A program made the translations under genes and the position numbers. The notes beneath the pieces were generated by a model that saw nothing but the letters and a program-made list of their open reading frames with translations, was not told the origin of the DNA and made no database searches. From Dimorphilus gyrociliatus (lineage: Eukaryota > Animalia > Annelida): a stretch of DNA of 64,000 nt. Within the stretch, counting starts at the first letter, position 1. The number at the start of each line of letters is the position of its first letter. The DNA lies in the NCBI GenBank assembly GCA_904063045.1, contig CAJFCJ010000003.1, forward strand, positions 2,156,504-2,220,503. The letters run 5' to 3'. Below are positions 46,465 to 59,100 of this stretch, one piece after another.

Positions 46465-48201
46465 ATGGTAACAACAACACTTTCTGCCCTGATACTTCTG
46501 ACCTTGATGCCTGTTATTCAATGCAGGCAAAAATTAATTGTCATATTGATTGACGGTATCAGATATAATTATGAAACTGATAGCCTTAAGGGATTTCGAA
46601 GTATTGTTGATTCGGGCGTAAAATCGGATTTTATGAGACCTGCCTTCCCGACCACATCTTCTACTAATTATTATTCCATAGCTACGGGTATATTTAACAC
46701 AATTAGCATCATCTAATATATCAATGGATAATATATAATTATTGTCTTGCCACAGGTCTGAATCCTGAATCACATGGTATCTTGGGTAATGAAGTTTGGG
46801 ATGAGGAACGCAAAGAAATCTTCAAGTATAATCAAATAGACGAATCTCATGACGCAAAATCAAAATCTTATTGGTTTAATGGTGGGGAACCAATTTGGAT
46901 TACAGCGGAAAAACAGGTTATTTATTAAGTTTCTTACACTTTGCTGAATTCTGAGGATATTTAATATCATCTATAGGGTTTGAAGAGTCGAATGTATTAT
47001 TGGATTGGGTGCGATATCGAAATCAGAGGTAAAAATACAACGTTTTGTGAGAAATATCCCATGAAGCCTTTAACCAGATCACAATTTAATTATGCTTGGA
47101 CGAATGGTATAGAGGCTATAGCTAATAGATCTGCTGATTTCATAGGTTAGAATTACTAAATGGTCAATTGAAGTGGTTTTTAAAAATATGATACGTATAT
47201 CATCATATCTCGATAGGTATTCATGAGGACCGTGTATATTCTATGGGCCTTAAGCATGGACCGGATAGTATAGAAAGGAAAAATGCTCTTCGAGATGTAT
47301 CAGAAGAATTAGACAGCCTAATGGTATTATTTGTCTTTTACAGCAATTTAAAAAATGTAAAACCAATGCTTTTTATATTTTCCGCAGAAAATCTTAAAAT
47401 ATAAAAATCTAACTGATGTTAATGTTATGATTGTTTCCGATCATGGAATGACGAAAGTGAATAATTCACGTGTAATCCGATTAAATACGTCTGAAGAGAA
47501 TTATAAATTAATCTTAAGAAACGGTGCTGTTGTAAATCTATGGCCAAAGAAAAATAAGACTGAAGAGTGCTACAAAGAATTGAAAGATTCTAGAATAGAT
47601 ATTTTTCTGAAAAGGGATATTCCAGACAGATGGCGATATAAAAATAATAAACGAGTTTCACCTTTGCTTGTTGTTGCACGTAAAGGCTATTCTATTATTT
47701 TGGTCGGTATTAAGGTAATTCAATTATAAAGTATATCTAATTTTAATATCTTTTTTTTAATTTAATTCTTAGAAAAAAGATACCTTGTCAAAAAATAGAG
47801 GAGCTGATAGTTATGATAACGATTTTGAAGATATGAGAACCTACTTCGCCGCGACAGGTCCTGCATTTCGAAAGAAGCAGATATTACCTCATTTTCCTAA
47901 TGTTGATTTATACAACGTAATGTGTTCTATTCTTGACATTAATCCGTCCCCAAATAATGGAACTGCTACGTTTGACGGCCTGGTATCCACAAATCAAGGA
48001 CATGCACTAGCAAACCTTCGAAGTATCTTGTACGTTATTTTAGGGTGCATATTAGGTGCATGTTTCTGTACCATGCTCGTTTGCTTTACAAATTACTTCA
48101 GGAATAGACTTCGAATTCGCAGATATAAATCAATACCAGAATATAATTTGGAAACAAATTTCGATGATGAAGATACTCTATTTTTTAATGATATCAAGTA
48201 A
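46465..48201 (+). CDS. ENPP6-like ectonucleotide pyrophosphatase/phosphodiesterase family protein, type I membrane, with a degenerate metal site
   Basis: Signal peptide; IDGIRY; FPTTSSTNYYSIATG; MYYWIGCDIEI; IVSDHGM; YDNDFEDMRTYF..GPAF; C-terminal TM helix. Confidence 0.85.
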
Positions 48202-48612
48202 TAAATGTTAAATTGGGCATTTCTGTTAACCTCACTCTAGACACTTTGCTAAGTATCAATCTGGTTTTTTTTTCTTGTTTACAAAATGTAATATGTCAAG
48301 AAAAAGGTGCTACTTAAATGATAATTAAAAGACTCTATTTCTTTTTTACTAAATGAAGATAACAAATTGGATATTTATCCTCTTTTCTAGATTTTTTTCT
48401 TCTCATTTTTTTTATACAAGATCCTATGCATGGTTTAAATTGTTTGAAATTTATTTTACAAGCTATAATTTGACTGCTATTTCTTTATTTTTGTTCACAA
48501 GTGTTCGCCTTGTAGTTTTGTATTATTGTTTGATTTTTATCAAATACACTTAAAATGGTATATTTTATTAGTTTAGAACGATTATAAAAAATAATTATAA
48601 TATAGCTAGTCT

Positions 48613-49770
48613 CTAAAGGTGATATAATTTTCCATTTTGGCAGGTCCACATTGTATCCTTGAAACGTTTCCATAAGATGTCTAAATCCTTTTTAGCAACT
48701 TTACCAGCTACAAATTGAGAAGATTTTTCTTTTAAGTCACAAATATGCACTATATCATAATGGAGGCCCGGATGATGTCCAATTTGAATTAGAGCTATCC
48801 TCGGTAAAATTCCTGTAAAGTAGACATTTTCCAAGGGCAGCCACCTGACATATCTAGAAGTCTCCAGTAATTGCTTTAATGCAGGAGCCGTAATTACATA
48901 GGTATATGCTGATAAATGAATTGGCAGAACGTGAAATGGAAAAGTTTGTACAGGAAGTCCCAAATCACCCTTTCGACTTACTAGTTCTCCTTTCCTGACA
49001 GATCCAATAATACCTTTACCAGTTTCTGCTGCCTGTGTTACTGTTTTTATTAGATTTGGAATATTTATTAAGATATTTTCTTCAACTTTCACAAAATGTG
49101 TCATTGGAGAGCATTTCCAGTATGTCCACTCCAATCCCATCAATGTTTTAATTGTGTCATTCAGCATATGATCTCTGAAGTTTCCGATTAACATATCTTT
49201 CCACAGATTAGCTTCATCCTACATTCATTGAAATAAATGAAATATTTGTGTTAAGGAATGAATAAAAAGACCCACTGTGAGTAAAGAATCTCTTTTGTGG
49301 TCATACGTCTTCCCGACAAGAAATAAAGTTTGAACCGTTGTAAAAATTTCTCCGGTTGGCCATGGTTTCCCAATAGATACCGAACCAAAGGTTTTCCTAA
49401 CCATTCTTCTCCAATCAGAATTATCTGGCCTACTATTAATAGCAATAATAATTTCTGTATTTCTTGAGCATACTGGACTTAAGGGCCAAGGTTTAAAATC
49501 GTAATAATTAACAACAAAGCTGTATTTTTTATAATACACCTTTTGTAACCTGGCAATCGTATTACAAATATCCATATATTCCTTTTTATTTTCCACTTTA
49601 TTTTGATTGCAGACATTTGTCGTTTCTGCTTGATATTCGATTGTTTTTAATCGTCTTTCGTGGATTTCTTTCCATTCTTTCATTAAATTTACAAGTAAAA
49701 AAATAGTAACAACAGTAATAGTAGCTATTAATAAAACAGTCTTCCTTATCAATTTTTTAGGTAAAAGCAT
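48613..49770 (-). CDS. GT31 beta-1,3-glycosyltransferase-like protein with degenerate catalytic motifs, 2 exons
   Basis: Type II TM anchor; IAINSRPDN..RRMVRKTFG; TLFLVG; EANLWKDMLIGNFRD..TIKTLMGLEW; LENVYFTG. Confidence 0.8.
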
Positions 49771-50235
49771 ATTATTTCTCCTCGGGCTTATTTAATAGAA
49801 AAGGATAAAACACGCTTTGAAATGGTCTTCTGGCATAGCATTCTACTTACCTGTACTTCTTAGACTATTTGTTTTATTTAAACTTTGCTCTTACCAAATA
49901 TTCACAATCTAATAATATTTTCCTTTTATTATTAATAAAACAGTAGAAATATAAATAAATTATTCAAAACTAGAGAAAAATATGAACGGTGAAGAAAGAG
50001 AGAAGAGAAAGATGAACTATGCGTTAAACCCTAACGCAAGAGGGCATCGTTAAAGCTTTACGTATTACAAGAGCTCTTTAAATTGGACGCCTGTGGAATG
50101 TGAGTAAACATATCCGGCTCCCTAATAACTTTAGCTGCGAAGGCCTGAGGGCTAGCTAATCTGAAAGATATGGTTACCAAAGGTAGTTTATTGATCAAAA
50201 TCAATAAATGACGAACAGAGAAAGACTCTTTTCAA

Positions 50236-52812
50236 TTACCTTGCATAAGTTAATCGACGCCTGATGTCATTTTCGTATACTTTTAATTTTCTTGCAACGA
50301 AAGCCTCTTTTCTACTTGGATGCTTTTGATAATAGGAATAGTAGAGGACCAATAGGAAGAGAATTATTAATAATGGGCCGCCAACGCAAAAGAAAATAAT
50401 TATAATATTTGTAAAATCTTTCTTCCTAATTTTGTTTTTCTCCTCTTTTAGGTCATTATGTGTTCTTTCTTCTTGCGCTCCTATTTCTCTTAAGTAATGG
50501 TCTTTTGTTGTTTTGTCAAATAATTTCTCTATCATCCATGCAACACTTTTTCCCATGCATTTTTGATCAATGCAAGGAGCCTGTTGTCGAGCTTTACCGC
50601 CGCAGGTACTACTGTTGCAAGACCGAACTCTAAAGCATTCTTTTTCATCTTCCAAACAGAATGACCAATCAAACCAGTTATCATGTTTCGGTTTCCCATT
50701 GCAGTCATTGCTCGCACAGGCCGAGATATCGTGAGCCGGACCGTCACATAGACCTAAGCCAGTTGAACATGTTCTTATTCGAATTTTTTCACCAATGCCA
50801 CACTCTGTGTCGCAAACAGAGAAATCTCCCCAGGAATTCCACGATCCTGTGTTCTCAATTATCAGGTCTGAAGGGCAGTCGTGTTGAGCACATATCTCAG
50901 TCTTTGAGGATAGACCTTGGCATTTTGTTACGGTGATCACTTCTCTATCTAAACTATTCCAGCACTTTCTAATTAGTTTAATGATTCCCCCATTGCATGA
51001 TTTTGAGCATTTACCACCGCTTATACTTTGCCATTCTTGCCACTCAGGCTTAATACATCTATTGGCTAATTGCTCGTGTTTAGATTTGAAGCATAGCTTA
51101 TATTCTATCGGTAAGCCTATACATCTTTGACCCTTTAGATTTCCGTTAATACATTTCCTTCTCCTCGAATGTACAACAGAAGTCTCTGAACTTTTATCAT
51201 AGCATTTTTCCTGACATTCGAAATTTCTCCAAGGTTCCCAATTATCGTAATAAGCCATCAGTGTACTACAATCGTTTCCAGTAAATCCAAATTTGCAGAT
51301 GCATTTAAAGTTAGTTCCGTCTCTTGATGGATAACAATTCTCTCTTTCACCACAAGAGTTTAACCGGTTGCAGATATCAGCCTTTAATAGACAGTTATCA
51401 AAATCTTTCAAGAGATTTAAGTCTCTTGTAAATCCCAGAGAGCAAGAGCAATGATAAGTATTAGCTCCTTCAAAACAAGTCCCTTGACCTTTCACTTCAC
51501 CACATAGGTATCGACCATTTCTCATTTGACCTCCTTCCTTATACTTATTTATATCGCAAAAAGGTATCTTTTGAGCGCAATCAACACCAAAATATCCTTC
51601 TTTACATCTACAATATTCCTTTAAACTTGGAAACAATGAAAAGCAATTCTACAATTTCACAATTAATGTAACAGAAGATATATAAAATCATTTTTTTTTA
51701 CCATTTCTATAATCTTTATGTAATTAATTTAGAATATTACTCACACTTTGTTATTTGTATAAACTAAAGTACAGTTTCCAATTGCATTTTCTTCATTACA
51801 CAGCAAACTGGGACAAAAAGGATAAGGTTTACACTGTCTTTTTTCTGGTACCCATATAGAATTGTTAATACAGTTGCAGTAATAATCACTAAGATATATT
51901 CCCAAGGCGTTTCTGTTTAATGTTAAATAAAAATTTCAATTATATTTTGCATCGATATGAATGCATTACTTGTTTTTTAAAAGCTAAGATAAACTACTTG
52001 AATATGTGACAACTAGAATTTTTAGTTAAATTCATCGTTCTACAAACATTGTTATCAACACTACAAACTTCAGGACAATACGATGACTTTCCTTAGAATT
52101 AAATAATTTATCGAATTGAGAATTTTTTTAAGGTTTATAACAAATGTTGCAAAAGGAAAGTGTTGTAATTTTACCTTGACTTAAAATACATTCAATTGTA
52201 TTTACTAAAGAATTCGTTAAATCCCAATCTAAAATTTTCCAACGCGTTTCCTCTTTATTATTATAAGGAGAAATGAAGGAGTGCTTGAGAATAATAGCTC
52301 TAGTTGCTGTCCAGAACTTGGAACTGATTGCCTGTATATACTTGTGGTTCTTTTTAAGGTCATTATAATTGATTTTAGACGACTCTTTGCATTTCTTTGC
52401 TAAGAGGAAACAAATGACGTAGGGATATTAATTAAAACAGCACGATGACAATAATATTACTTTTCTTGATAGTTTTTAGGAGCCAGCACTCAGCTTCGCT
52501 CCATTGATTCGTAAAAAATTCTTTTAATGATCTCTTATTGAATATCATAAGGTTGCTTGTGGAATCAGAACTAGGTCCTTTTAATAAGTCTACAAACCAG
52601 GATAGCATAATGTCGATATTATTGTCGAGATTAGATGAGAATTGCCGTTGAATGAGTGGAAATCCGTATTGCAAATGGGAGAGAATAGTTTCATTCATTT
52701 CCTTAAATTTTTTACGAGGTAGTTTCAAAGAATCTTCAATTCCTTGCGTCTGATTAAAAGAGGTTGCTAACATAATTATGACGTTTAAGACTACAAAACA
52801 AAATGTCCGCAT
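50236..52812 (-). CDS. Type I membrane protein with EGF-like and thrombospondin type-1 repeats
   Basis: A signal-peptide exon at 52812 (MRTFCFVVLNVIIMLATS) plausibly splices through small exons to the 466-aa exon carrying EGF motifs (CRCKEGYFGVDC, CSCSLGFT, CICKFGFTGNDC), four WxxW/TSP1 repeats and a TM helix. The join is inferred. Confidence 0.72.
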
Positions 52813-53157
52813 CTTGTATTTGTTTTCTTTTGTAGTAATTTTGATTTTAAATTTTAATTAGTAAATAAGTCAATGTTCGTGTTATGATTTTTATTATGTA
52901 CTTTAAGCGATAAACAATTGTAATTCAGAATTACACACACAAAACATACACGCATACACCCCGAGTACAAAGCATTTCCTTGATAGAGAAAGAAATATAG
53001 AAAAAATTTGTTTTAATGCATAAATTAATGGCCACAAAATATTTTGTTGAAGTTTCTTTCTCAAAAAAAAAAAAACCAATCAGGGACAGTTATTTTTTGA
53101 AAGTAAAGAAATTTACAAATCAATAACCTAAAAATGTTAGAGACATTACGTCAGTTG

Positions 53158-56100
53158 TTACTGCTGCGTTGCATAGATTTTCAAAGCCTTCTCTTTTCTC
53201 GTATACATATTTCGAGAACATGTTGATCTGAGGTAATAGCAAAATAGATTAATAATGTTAACTTTAATTAACTATATGCATACTTCGAATTTTCTTCTTT
53301 TTCGATCTCTTTTTTTCTTTCCGGAGATAGCGTTGCCGTTTCCTCGTCAGCATCTCTGGATAAAGAACACAATTAGTATTTCAACTAAAAAGTTGCCGCG
53401 ATATATCTTTTTACCTATAAAATATTACTGAACCGTCCTCAGATATATTATATGGGTAAGCTTTTAGAGATTCAATGTGCTCTTCCCAATTCAGTTGGTC
53501 TTCTGCATCCAAAACACTTGTATGATGAGGATACTGAGTTTTCGGCTTAGCGAATTTTATATTTTCTATTCCATATTTGTCCTTTATTTGTTGCACTAAA
53601 TCTAAGAAGGATGACTTGTTTACATAATCGGATCGATTGATATAAAATTCTTCAAATTTATCAAATTTTGGAATAGAAGAACGAAATCTGCGAAGATAAA
53701 CCGATAATTGATTGGATTCTCTTTCATGTGGTAACATAAGCTTTTCGCAAAATACTTCTCCATGATTATAAATTAACAAATCGTCCAAACTTTGATCATC
53801 AAAATATATCTTTTGCACAGTTTTCCATACTTTTTGTCGAATTCGAAACTTTACATCATCCGAATAATTAAATTCCTTTGCTATAAGCTTTTTAGTTTTT
53901 TCTATTGACCATTTTAGTTCAACAATAATTTCAATTGGTTCTTTGAAATATTCATCCTCCCTATTCATATCAAGTTCAAACACTTTAATTATACATTCGT
54001 TCTCTTTCAGAGCTCTTCCATGTTGTATAACTAAACAAGCCGAACCATTATCTGGTAAGTTTTGGAAAGTTTCATTCATGTTTGATATTTCTGAGAGTTG
54101 ATTACTAGAGAACTGCTTGAAAACTTTAAATCGATATAAGCCTCTTTTAACATAACGCTTCATAATAGTTTTCAAGCTCTTAACAGTCATTCTTCTATCC
54201 ATTTCTACCTTTATGATACACTGATCATTTTCTTCTTTTGTACTTAAGATCTTGAACTGCTGTATGAATTCTTCTTGATCAGAATCCTAAACAAAAAAAA
54301 TAAACGGTAAATTATTCACAGGTGTGAGAAAAATTCGTAATTGGAATTATTGAGGCGTTAGTGATTCTAAGTGAACTAGAGAGCAGTGAATTAACTAATA
54401 AAAGTTCTTTAAACTTTTTTTTAATAAATACGGCACATATTTTCCCGAGTAAAAAATTAGTGTATCTGTGGTTATCCATTGGCCTGGAAATTTACTTAAC
54501 ACCGTGTAAATGCATAATTTATATTTCTTTAATCTTCAGTAAATTTCATAAGATAACTGAAGATTTAATTTAATTTGAGACATAAAAAAAGGAATAAGGA
54601 TGGCAAAATTGAATTTTTCTTGAGGTTGATTGGAAACTTTGAATAATCTTTCTGCTGAAAATTGAATTGTTTATCGACAACTCAATTCAGGTTTAAGCAG
54701 TCATAACACACTTCAAACTAAACAGAAGCAGTCAGATGTTTACTAATTTTAAGGAATTGGCTAAAGTTTTGACTTTGTCGTGTAAATACTGATATACTTC
54801 TACAATACGATGTTGATAAACAATCGACATGTACATAATTATTTTAAATATTCGAAAAATTGCAATATATTACTTTTTGAGAATTTTCTTCATCGTCATT
54901 GTCATCTATGCCACCACAGTCATCCTTGGAGGGTTCAACTGACGGTTTAGGATAAGAGATAGTCACCTTTATAGCATCTTGATGTCTGTGAAAAAAAGGT
55001 AATCGTGAAAAGAAATCACGAAAGAAAGTGAACAAAGAGAAAGTTATATGTGGTTAATAAAAGTATTCGAAAATAACTATTCTAAAGACGAAAAGGAAAT
55101 TTTAACACTTCTTTACATTATTACCTTTTAATATGCTTCAAAAAGAGGGACTTCTCAAAATCTATATCTTCAGCTTCCTCTTCTAAATCGTGTTGTACGT
55201 AAATTAACTGTCCTTTATTATATATTGTGAGTTTCTTTGTTGAGCTCCCGTTTAGAAGTCCACTACTTCTTAGTCTCTCAGCCGGAACTAGTTGTAATTG
55301 TTCAGGAGTACAAGGTAATTTCAATTTCTATTGTATAATATAAACATTTTGACGTGAAATGTTCTGGCTAGGATAGAAATAATTACCTGAATAATTAATT
55401 GAGCAAGTTGTTGTACAGTTGATTTTGGATTTACAGCAAATCTAATAGGTTTTGATGAAGAAGAATTTTTAATGTTGATTACAACAATCCGAACGGAGAT
55501 ACCTTAAAAAATAAAGTATGTTAATATTGATGAAATACATTGAAAACAGCGGCTAAATAGAAATTATATTATCTGACTCTCTTTTCAGCTTCTGTTCTAT
55601 ATTTTAGTTATCTTACAATATTTGAAAAGCGCATCAGTTGTACTCAGAGATACGCTTAAAATACGAGCGTACACAAAGCATTTTTTCGTATTGAAGGTGT
55701 ATAAATAATATAAGTTTTATACATCACATATTACAATGAAGAAGTTGAATAAAGAAATGTGATTAATGAATAAAATATAATGTACATTTTTTAAATTTAA
55801 AGTAAACTTTTTTTAGGGGCTACAGACAACAGATGCTCTTGATACAAGCAAAAAATGTCTCTTCAAAGCTAAATTATAAAGTGAACTTGTTTCATATTTA
55901 AAGGAAATTCGTTGCCAAGGTATGCAGATTCTAGATTTTTGCGGAATACGTCACTTCAACACCAAGTATGCTATAAATCAAATTGTAATACTTGTAGCTT
56001 TTAACACTATTTTATTATTAATTCAGGATTTGCGAAAGTTAAGACGAAAAAATCTTTTAAAATAGTTAAAAAGCTATATCATTTTAATGTAAATTTTAAA

Positions 56101-59100
56101 TGACATAAAATCAAATTAGCTTCTGACGTATACATAATATAAAGATGGCGCATGCGCATCAGTTGGTTTGACAGAGCTAGTAGTTTATTCTGCAATGAGC
56201 AACAGGACGAACAGCACATCTCCCTCAGAAGTTTGTAACGAATTCAAAAAATTCTCAAATTTTCGGATTGTTATAGACCTAGGAATAGTACTACCAGTAT
56301 GTCTTATTGGCTTTATTGGCAACATGGTAGCTTATTATATTCTTAAAGTTCATAAAGCAAACTCAGTAGTGACAACTCTACTTCGCTGCTTGGCTGTTGT
56401 TGATAATTTCTATTTATTTGCTTCGGTTTGTGTTCCCGTTTTTAAAACAGCTTGCGATGTTACAAATATTGGAGATTCGCCGTATTGTTACTATTATGTA
56501 TTAAGTGAACCATACTTTTGGACATTTGCATCCTGTTCTCAAACTGCCGCTAACTGGTTAATTCTTTTAATAACAATAGATAGATACATAGCAATTTGTC
56601 ATCCCTTTCACCCATATAAACTAACAAATAGTTCAAGAGCAAGGCTCTGCGCTTTTGTCGTGATTTGTCTAGCAGTTCTGTATAATTCTCCTAGACTATT
56701 CGAATATGACGGAACAGCTACTAGCGTCATCGACTTATGCACAAACAAATCTAGATACATAAAGAATGCCACTAAAATGAGAAGAGATGGATCGTATTTT
56801 ATTTTCTACAAAGTCATTGCATATTTTCTTTTTCGAGCTGTTGGACCAATTTTTACATTATTTGTGCTTAACCTAAAACTTATCCAATGCGTTAAAGAAG
56901 CTCAACAACGAAGAGTCACTCTGACACGTACAATTCAACAAAAAGTTAAAAGTCAAAGGATATTAACTATTACTTTAATTGGTGTGGTGTCTGCCTCAAT
57001 ATTACTTCAACTCCCAAATGCAGCTGTCAGGGCCGCTCTGAGCGCAATGTTTCTCATGAAAGTTAAGTTAAATCAACTCAAATACGCTGCCACGTTCACC
57101 AACATGCTTTTAGTGCTGAACTCTGCAATTAACTGTGCAATCTATTGCTTAACTGGTAGGCAATTTCGAAAATTTCTCATAAAAAAGTGCTGTGGTTGTA
57201 CAATAAAAAACAAGACAACCGTAGTATATCGAGCTACATTTGGTCATAGGCGAAGTGGGAGAGCCTTAGCAACTGTGCCTTTAACTAGAGAAACCACCAA
57301 AGTTTAAACTCTCACGCTGTTAAATTTTAATATCATTTTCACCTATATATATATATATATCTATATATATATAAAAGAAAAGATCGACTTTATTAGTGGT
57401 GTAATGCAGTTTTTAAGGATACAGAGAAAGAAATATCAAATTAGACTTTTGTAACAGGTTCATTAGAAGAGTTACTTAAGTATGGAAATAAACTAGTCAC
57501 TCAAAATTATTTGTTATAATTTTGTTTGTGGTGTCAAATTTTGAAACTAAAATGAACATATCTAAAAATAAACTATTATTATTATTAAACTTAACGCCCA
57601 ATACCTAATACATCACTATGTGTCTTTTCACCGTTCTACGAAAGTTATCAGGTTACTGGTCAAAAGAGGCTTTTAGGTTTCTAAAGCAAAATATTATTAA
57701 CAAGTGTTTCGCGACAGCTGTAAACATGTCTTAATGAGAATCTATAATGTAAAATAGTTATTATTTAAAGTAAGGCGTATCTGGGTATGAAATAAAAATC
57801 TATTCGAAAATTTATAATCGTAAATGCATTATATGTTCGTTAATGCACTTTTTATGTTGAACAATATATCAGATAGAAAACAGATTGCTTGCAAATCAAG
57901 ATTTCCTGAAGTTTCCATTTTATAAGAGAGGCTGGTTCAATGAATAGTATGCAATTTTTCGTAATTGCTATCAACACAATAGCCGTGTATAATACAAGGA
58001 AAATATTCGTCACTTTTACATTGATCAGGTATATGCAATTTTTAGGCAATTAAAATATGAAATTGTAATATATACATTGATATATTGAATATTCCATTTA
58101 TATATATATATATATATATACTGTATATGCATACTAGATGTGCGCTGTCTTTAATACAAAGAGAAAATGATATTCTTTCAGATAATAATCAATGACAAAT
58201 TTATCTATCCATAATCTTAATTATAATATACATATTAGTATATGTAAATGTATACTATGTATTTCTAAACATTTATCAAATAAGATATTTTATCTATTCC
58301 CGTCAGTTTTATACAATTTTCTTATACACAATAACAATTTCATTTACATAGGCGATGAAACAACTTCAACATATGTTTGGATATATTTCATTATTAAACT
58401 TATAGCTGATGCATGTCACGATACTTACATACTAATTAATTTTAAGAAATAATTTCTATTTGTTAAATATAACGCTAATCAGCTCACTTATCAATAATCG
58501 TAACTAAAATAAAGCATGAATGATGCTGATGCGTTGTATATCATTTGAACATTTAAAGGAATTTGCTTTTATACAGCGAAGTGAGGAGAAGTGAGAAAAT
58601 AGGCTCTAAAATTCAAAATTAAAGAACAAGTTCACTTGTTTATGACTAATTTTGAATCATCATAAAAGTATTATATCTTGTTTATAAAAGCATCTAAAAC
58701 GCAAAAACGTTTTCTTTATAGTTCCCCAATATTAAGTAAAATGCTAGTGGAATTTCATCTCAAGGTTTTCACTTATAATTACATTATTGTACACCTCAAC
58801 ATTTGTACACATTTTTAAAAAAATAAAAATTACGCAAATTTTTTCATTTTCTAATTCTTTTTCACGTTTCTCAAGCTCTTGATCTTCTCGTATTTTACTT
58901 ATTTCCTATTTTAACAAGTTATGTGAATGACACATATGGCCTTATACAAAATATTTATCAAAATTTTTAACGTTTTTCAGTCTATCCTAGCGGATAACTA
59001 CTCTTTGACCAACTAACATATTTCACATGTTTTCGTTTAATTATTTTTAAAAGTTATTTAGAAATGAAAAAAATTCTTTCTTACCTTCTGAAGTAAAATT

